From: Wolbachia endosymbiont of Drosophila innubila
GTDB lineage: Bacteria; Pseudomonadota; Alphaproteobacteria; Rickettsiales; Anaplasmataceae
Reading direction: 5' to 3'
NCBI RefSeq assembly: GCF_021378375.1
Contig: NZ_CP076228.1
Span: 690,001 to 722,000 of the forward strand
DNA length: 32,000 nt
The translations under genes and the position numbers were made by a program. Below, one piece after another: positions 28,752 to 32,000 of the stretch (its first letter is position 1; every line of letters starts with the position of its first letter). Under the pieces are notes generated by a model. It did not search any database. It was not told the DNA's origin and saw only the letters and a list, made by a program, of their open reading frames with translations.

Positions 28752-29861
28752 ATGAAAGTAATAATTGTCATGATAATGTTATTGTGTAGCAGTTACACAA
28801 TGGCAAGCGAGAGAATAAGTCTAGTGGATAAAAAACTATCTCAAGGATATGTAGCTCCAGTGCTTACAGAAGATAGCGTTATTTTATCAGACAAGCACGG
28901 CGCTTTATATTCCTTTGATATTGATAACTCAAAGGCTATGAATTGGAAATTACACCTCTCACACAGAAAAAAAATTAGTAACATGAGCCTATTGCGTCAC
29001 AGAGGAAACGTTTTCTTTATAGTGGATAACGTTCTACACACAATAGATGCAAAAACCGGCGAGATTCAGTGGGAAAAAGAATTGAGAGCTCCAGTAAGAG
29101 GGAAAGCAGCAGTAATAAACAATAAATTGGTAGTATTGACTATTGATAATTATCTGTACGTGTTTGATATAAAAGATGGCAGCTTCGTTTGGACTTATCA
29201 AAACGGCATCAATGAGGTTCGAGGTTTGTATTCCATATCGCCAGCAATTTCTAATGATAAAATAATAGCACCATTTTCAAATGGTGAGTTAATAGCTTTT
29301 AATGAAGACGGTAAAAAATTGTGGAGCCAAAAATTGGCTACAAACCTTTTGGATACACAGCTCACAGATGTAACTACTACACCGAGAGTGCTTGGCGATA
29401 CTTTAATAGCTACAAATAATTCTTATATTTATAGCATTGACGTGAAATCAGGAAATATTTTATGGTCAAAGTCACTGCAAGTAAAAAGTGTATCAGACAT
29501 TGAGTCATATTATAGTCCTCTTATTCCTGCAGAGAAACAAAAAGAAGGCGGAAGAATTTTTATAGTTACTAAAGACGATAAAATAATTGGCCTGGATATA
29601 AAAAATGGAGAAACAGTCTGGGCATCTGATTTAATAGAAAATACGCAATTGTTTGCTCCAATTATGCATGCCCATACACTGTGGGTGACAAGCAATAAAG
29701 GTTCAATGTTTGCTTTTCCGGGATCTGAAAGTGCAGGAAAGGTAGTCAAAGTACCTGGTAATGTGTTTCACACTCCAGTGTTTACTCGCAATAAGATATA
29801 TGTAACAACTGAGGGAAAAGGTGTTTATTCTTTAGAAAATAGGTTTGTTTTTTATGACTGA
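28752..29861 (+). CDS. PQQ-like beta-propeller protein, BamB-like
   Basis: 369 aa; signal peptide; repeated blade motifs VHTIDAKTGEIQWEKELRAPVRGKAAV, IYSIDVKSGNILWSKSL, IIGLDIKNGETVWASDL. Confidence 0.85.
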   Translation: MKVIIVMIMLLCSSYTMASERISLVDKKLSQGYVAPVLTEDSVILSDKHGALYSFDIDNSKAMNWKLHLSHRKKISNMSLLRHRGNVFFIVDNVLHTIDAKTGEIQWEKELRAPVRGKAAVINNKLVVLTIDNYLYVFDIKDGSFVWTYQNGINEVRGLYSISPAISNDKIIAPFSNGELIAFNEDGKKLWSQKLATNLLDTQLTDVTTTPRVLGDTLIATNNSYIYSIDVKSGNILWSKSLQVKSVSDIESYYSPLIPAEKQKEGGRIFIVTKDDKIIGLDIKNGETVWASDLIENTQLFAPIMHAHTLWVTSNKGSMFAFPGSESAGKVVKVPGNVFHTPVFTRNKIYVTTEGKGVYSLENRFVFYD

Positions 29862-31233
29862 TTATGATTTAATTGTTATAGGTGGTGGCCCAGGAGGCTA
29901 TAAGTGTGCTATCGCTGCTGCAAAACTTGGATTGAAAGTTGCCTGCATAGATAAAAATAGCATTTTTGGTGGTACATGCTTGCGAGTTGGATGCATACCT
30001 TCCAAAGCACTACTTCATTCTTCCTATCAGTATGCTCACACGAAAAATGATCTGTCGAAGCTTGGCATAAAAATTAAGGATGCAAGTTTCGATTTAAAAG
30101 AAATGCTAGGCTATAAGGACGCCAGAGTTCAGGAACTTGGAAAAGGTATAGAATATCTGTTTAACCTTCACAAAATCACTAAAATCAATGGGCTTGCTTC
30201 TTTTGACCAAGGTAATCTTGAAGTTTCAGTTGAAGGTAAGGTGCTGAAGACAAAAAATATAGTAATTGCAACCGGTTCTGACGTTATTTCTTTGCCAGGA
30301 ATTAATATCGATGAGAAAAGTATTATTTCATCAACTGGTGCATTATCTTTAACTGAAGTACCAAAAAAACTTGTCGTAATCGGAGCCGGGGCAATAGGGC
30401 TTGAAATGTCTTCTGTATGGAGGAGGCTAGGGTCTGAAGTCACTGTAGTAGAATTTTTTGACAGAATCGCTGCAGCAATGGATGGAGAATTAAGTAAGTC
30501 TCTACTTTCTAGTCTACAAAAACAAGGAATAAAATTTTTACTTAGCACTAAAGTTGAGGAGATAAAACAAAGTAGTAATTCTTTGAGTGTGAAAGTTTGC
30601 TCTGTAAAAGATAATCAAACAAACACTATAGAGGCGGATAAGGTATTGGTGGCAGCAGGACGCAAACCATGCACTGAGAATCTTGGTATTGATGAAAAAA
30701 TAGAAAAAGATAATCGCGGTTTCGTTCAAGTTAACAACAGATATGAAACTAATGTGAAAGGAATATTTGCTATTGGTGATGTGATCGGTGGAGCAATGCT
30801 TGCTCATAAAGCAGAGGAAGAAGGAGTGGCAGTTGCAGAGATAATAGCAGGACAGTCACCTCACGTTGATTATGGAATCATACCATCTGTCATTTACACT
30901 CACCCTGCGGTTTCTTCGATTGGTAAAACCGAAGAGGAACTCAAAAATGCTGGCCGTAAGTACAAAGTTGGTAAATGTCAATTTGCTGCAAACGGCAGAG
31001 CAAAAATCACTGATGATGCTGAAGGATTCGTGAAAGTGCTGACTTGTAGCAGAGCAGATACAATACTAGGTGTGCATATCATAGGAGCATACGCTGATAC
31101 GCTAATCAACGAAGCAGCAGTTGCAATGGCATATAGCGCAGCAGCAGAGGATATATACAGAATTTGTCACTCTCATCCTGATATAAATGAAGCCTTTCGA
31201 GATGCGTGCATCGATGCTTTCTTTAAAAAATAA
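29854..31233 (+). CDS. lpdA: Dihydrolipoyl dehydrogenase
   Basis: MTDYDLIVIGGGPGGYKCAIAAAKLGLKVACIDKN, redox-active GGTCLRVGCIPSKALLHSS, C-terminal HSHPDINEAFRDA. Confidence 0.95.
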   Translation: MTDYDLIVIGGGPGGYKCAIAAAKLGLKVACIDKNSIFGGTCLRVGCIPSKALLHSSYQYAHTKNDLSKLGIKIKDASFDLKEMLGYKDARVQELGKGIEYLFNLHKITKINGLASFDQGNLEVSVEGKVLKTKNIVIATGSDVISLPGINIDEKSIISSTGALSLTEVPKKLVVIGAGAIGLEMSSVWRRLGSEVTVVEFFDRIAAAMDGELSKSLLSSLQKQGIKFLLSTKVEEIKQSSNSLSVKVCSVKDNQTNTIEADKVLVAAGRKPCTENLGIDEKIEKDNRGFVQVNNRYETNVKGIFAIGDVIGGAMLAHKAEEEGVAVAEIIAGQSPHVDYGIIPSVIYTHPAVSSIGKTEEELKNAGRKYKVGKCQFAANGRAKITDDAEGFVKVLTCSRADTILGVHIIGAYADTLINEAAVAMAYSAAAEDIYRICHSHPDINEAFRDACIDAFFKK

Positions 31234-31235
31234 TT

Positions 31236-32000
31236 GTGGACCTCGGTTCAATCATTGAAAAATGGTATGAGTGGCTGAGGTGCAACAGATCTTATTCACC
31301 AAACACTTTAGAGTCATACATGAGGGACTTGAAGGATCTTATAAGTTTCCTAAATACTCACATTGGTGGAGAAGTAAATGTCGGCACTTTGGAAAAATTG
31401 AGCGTACCTGAGTTAAGAAGTTGGCTTACCTCTCGTTACGCAAGAGGTGTAAACGCAAGATCCAACACTCGAGCACTCTCAGTAATCAGAAATTTCTTCA
31501 AGTACATAAAAAATAACCACAATATAGACAATGAAGCTGTATTTTCCTTATCAAGGCCAATTCAGAGAAGAACTTTGCCCAAAGCATTATCAATACCTGA
31601 TATAAAAACTTTATTGAAAGAAATGAAACTATCCGATCTGGGCGAATCTTGGGTGGTAAAAAGAGAAATTGCGATTATCGTCCTGCTATATAGTACAGGC
31701 TTAAGAATCAGCGAAGCGTTGAACCTTAGGGTTAGTGATATTAGCAATGAAAGTTTAATAGTAACAGGTAAGGGAGATAAACAAAGGCAGGTATTCATTC
31801 TTCCGGTAGTAAAAAAGTGTATACAAGAATATGTAAAAGCCTGTCCTTATCTTGGCACTAATAATGAAACACAATATCTTTTTTTGGGAGTAAGAGGAAA
31901 AAAATTGGGAAGAACTTATGTGGCCAATCGTTTGCAAAAAATAAGGAGAATGTTAAATTTACCAGAAATTTTATCTCCACATGCATTTCGCCATAGTTTT
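31236..32000 (+). CDS. xerC: Tyrosine recombinase XerC, truncated by window edge
   Basis: Not in ORF track. GTG start 2 nt after the lpdA stop; VDLGSIIEKWYEWLRCNRSYSPNTLESYMRDLKDLISFL...LLYSTGLRISEALNLRVSDI...KGDKQRQVFILP...LSPHAFRHSF with catalytic Arg and HxxR motifs. Confidence 0.92.
   Translation, partial: MDLGSIIEKWYEWLRCNRSYSPNTLESYMRDLKDLISFLNTHIGGEVNVGTLEKLSVPELRSWLTSRYARGVNARSNTRALSVIRNFFKYIKNNHNIDNEAVFSLSRPIQRRTLPKALSIPDIKTLLKEMKLSDLGESWVVKREIAIIVLLYSTGLRISEALNLRVSDISNESLIVTGKGDKQRQVFILPVVKKCIQEYVKACPYLGTNNETQYLFLGVRGKKLGRTYVANRLQKIRRMLNLPEILSPHAFRHSF

Overview
This window matches a Wolbachia (Rickettsiales) chromosome, judged from FtsZ, CtrA and many recognisable family-level proteins; I cannot name the strain without a search. 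Most of it is conserved housekeeping content: comM/yifB, ftsZ, an EVE-domain gene, ybeY, sdhB, a PAS-only membrane protein, a GNAT gene, pgpA, gpsA, ctrA, rnpB, nuoE, tgt, an M16 peptidase, sodB, cydA/cydB, era, a PolB-like exonuclease, a porin-like protein, tRNA-Ser(GGA), a bamB-like gene, lpdA and xerC. I added two edge genes absent from the ORF track: a secreted polysaccharide deacetylase (minus strand, left edge) and a GTG-start xerC (plus strand, right edge). Main points of interest: (1) cydA is split by an ISWpi1-like IS5-family element, and excising it with one TAA target copy restores the reading frame exactly, while cydB is intact; (2) a MITE-like nested-hairpin repeat family with an ACAACTGTACGAACATTG-type terminal motif, one copy apparently carrying a decayed IS5-family element; (3) a 708-aa mucin-like Thr/Ser-rich protein with a C-terminal TM segment; (4) an orphan GTA/phage baseplate-like DUF2163/BR0599-type gene; (5) a porin with a long Lys-rich segment between signal peptide and barrel; (6) a PAS protein with no kinase domain; (7) an array of two alternating palindromes upstream of cydA. 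I found no convincing multi-gene system that is clearly new.
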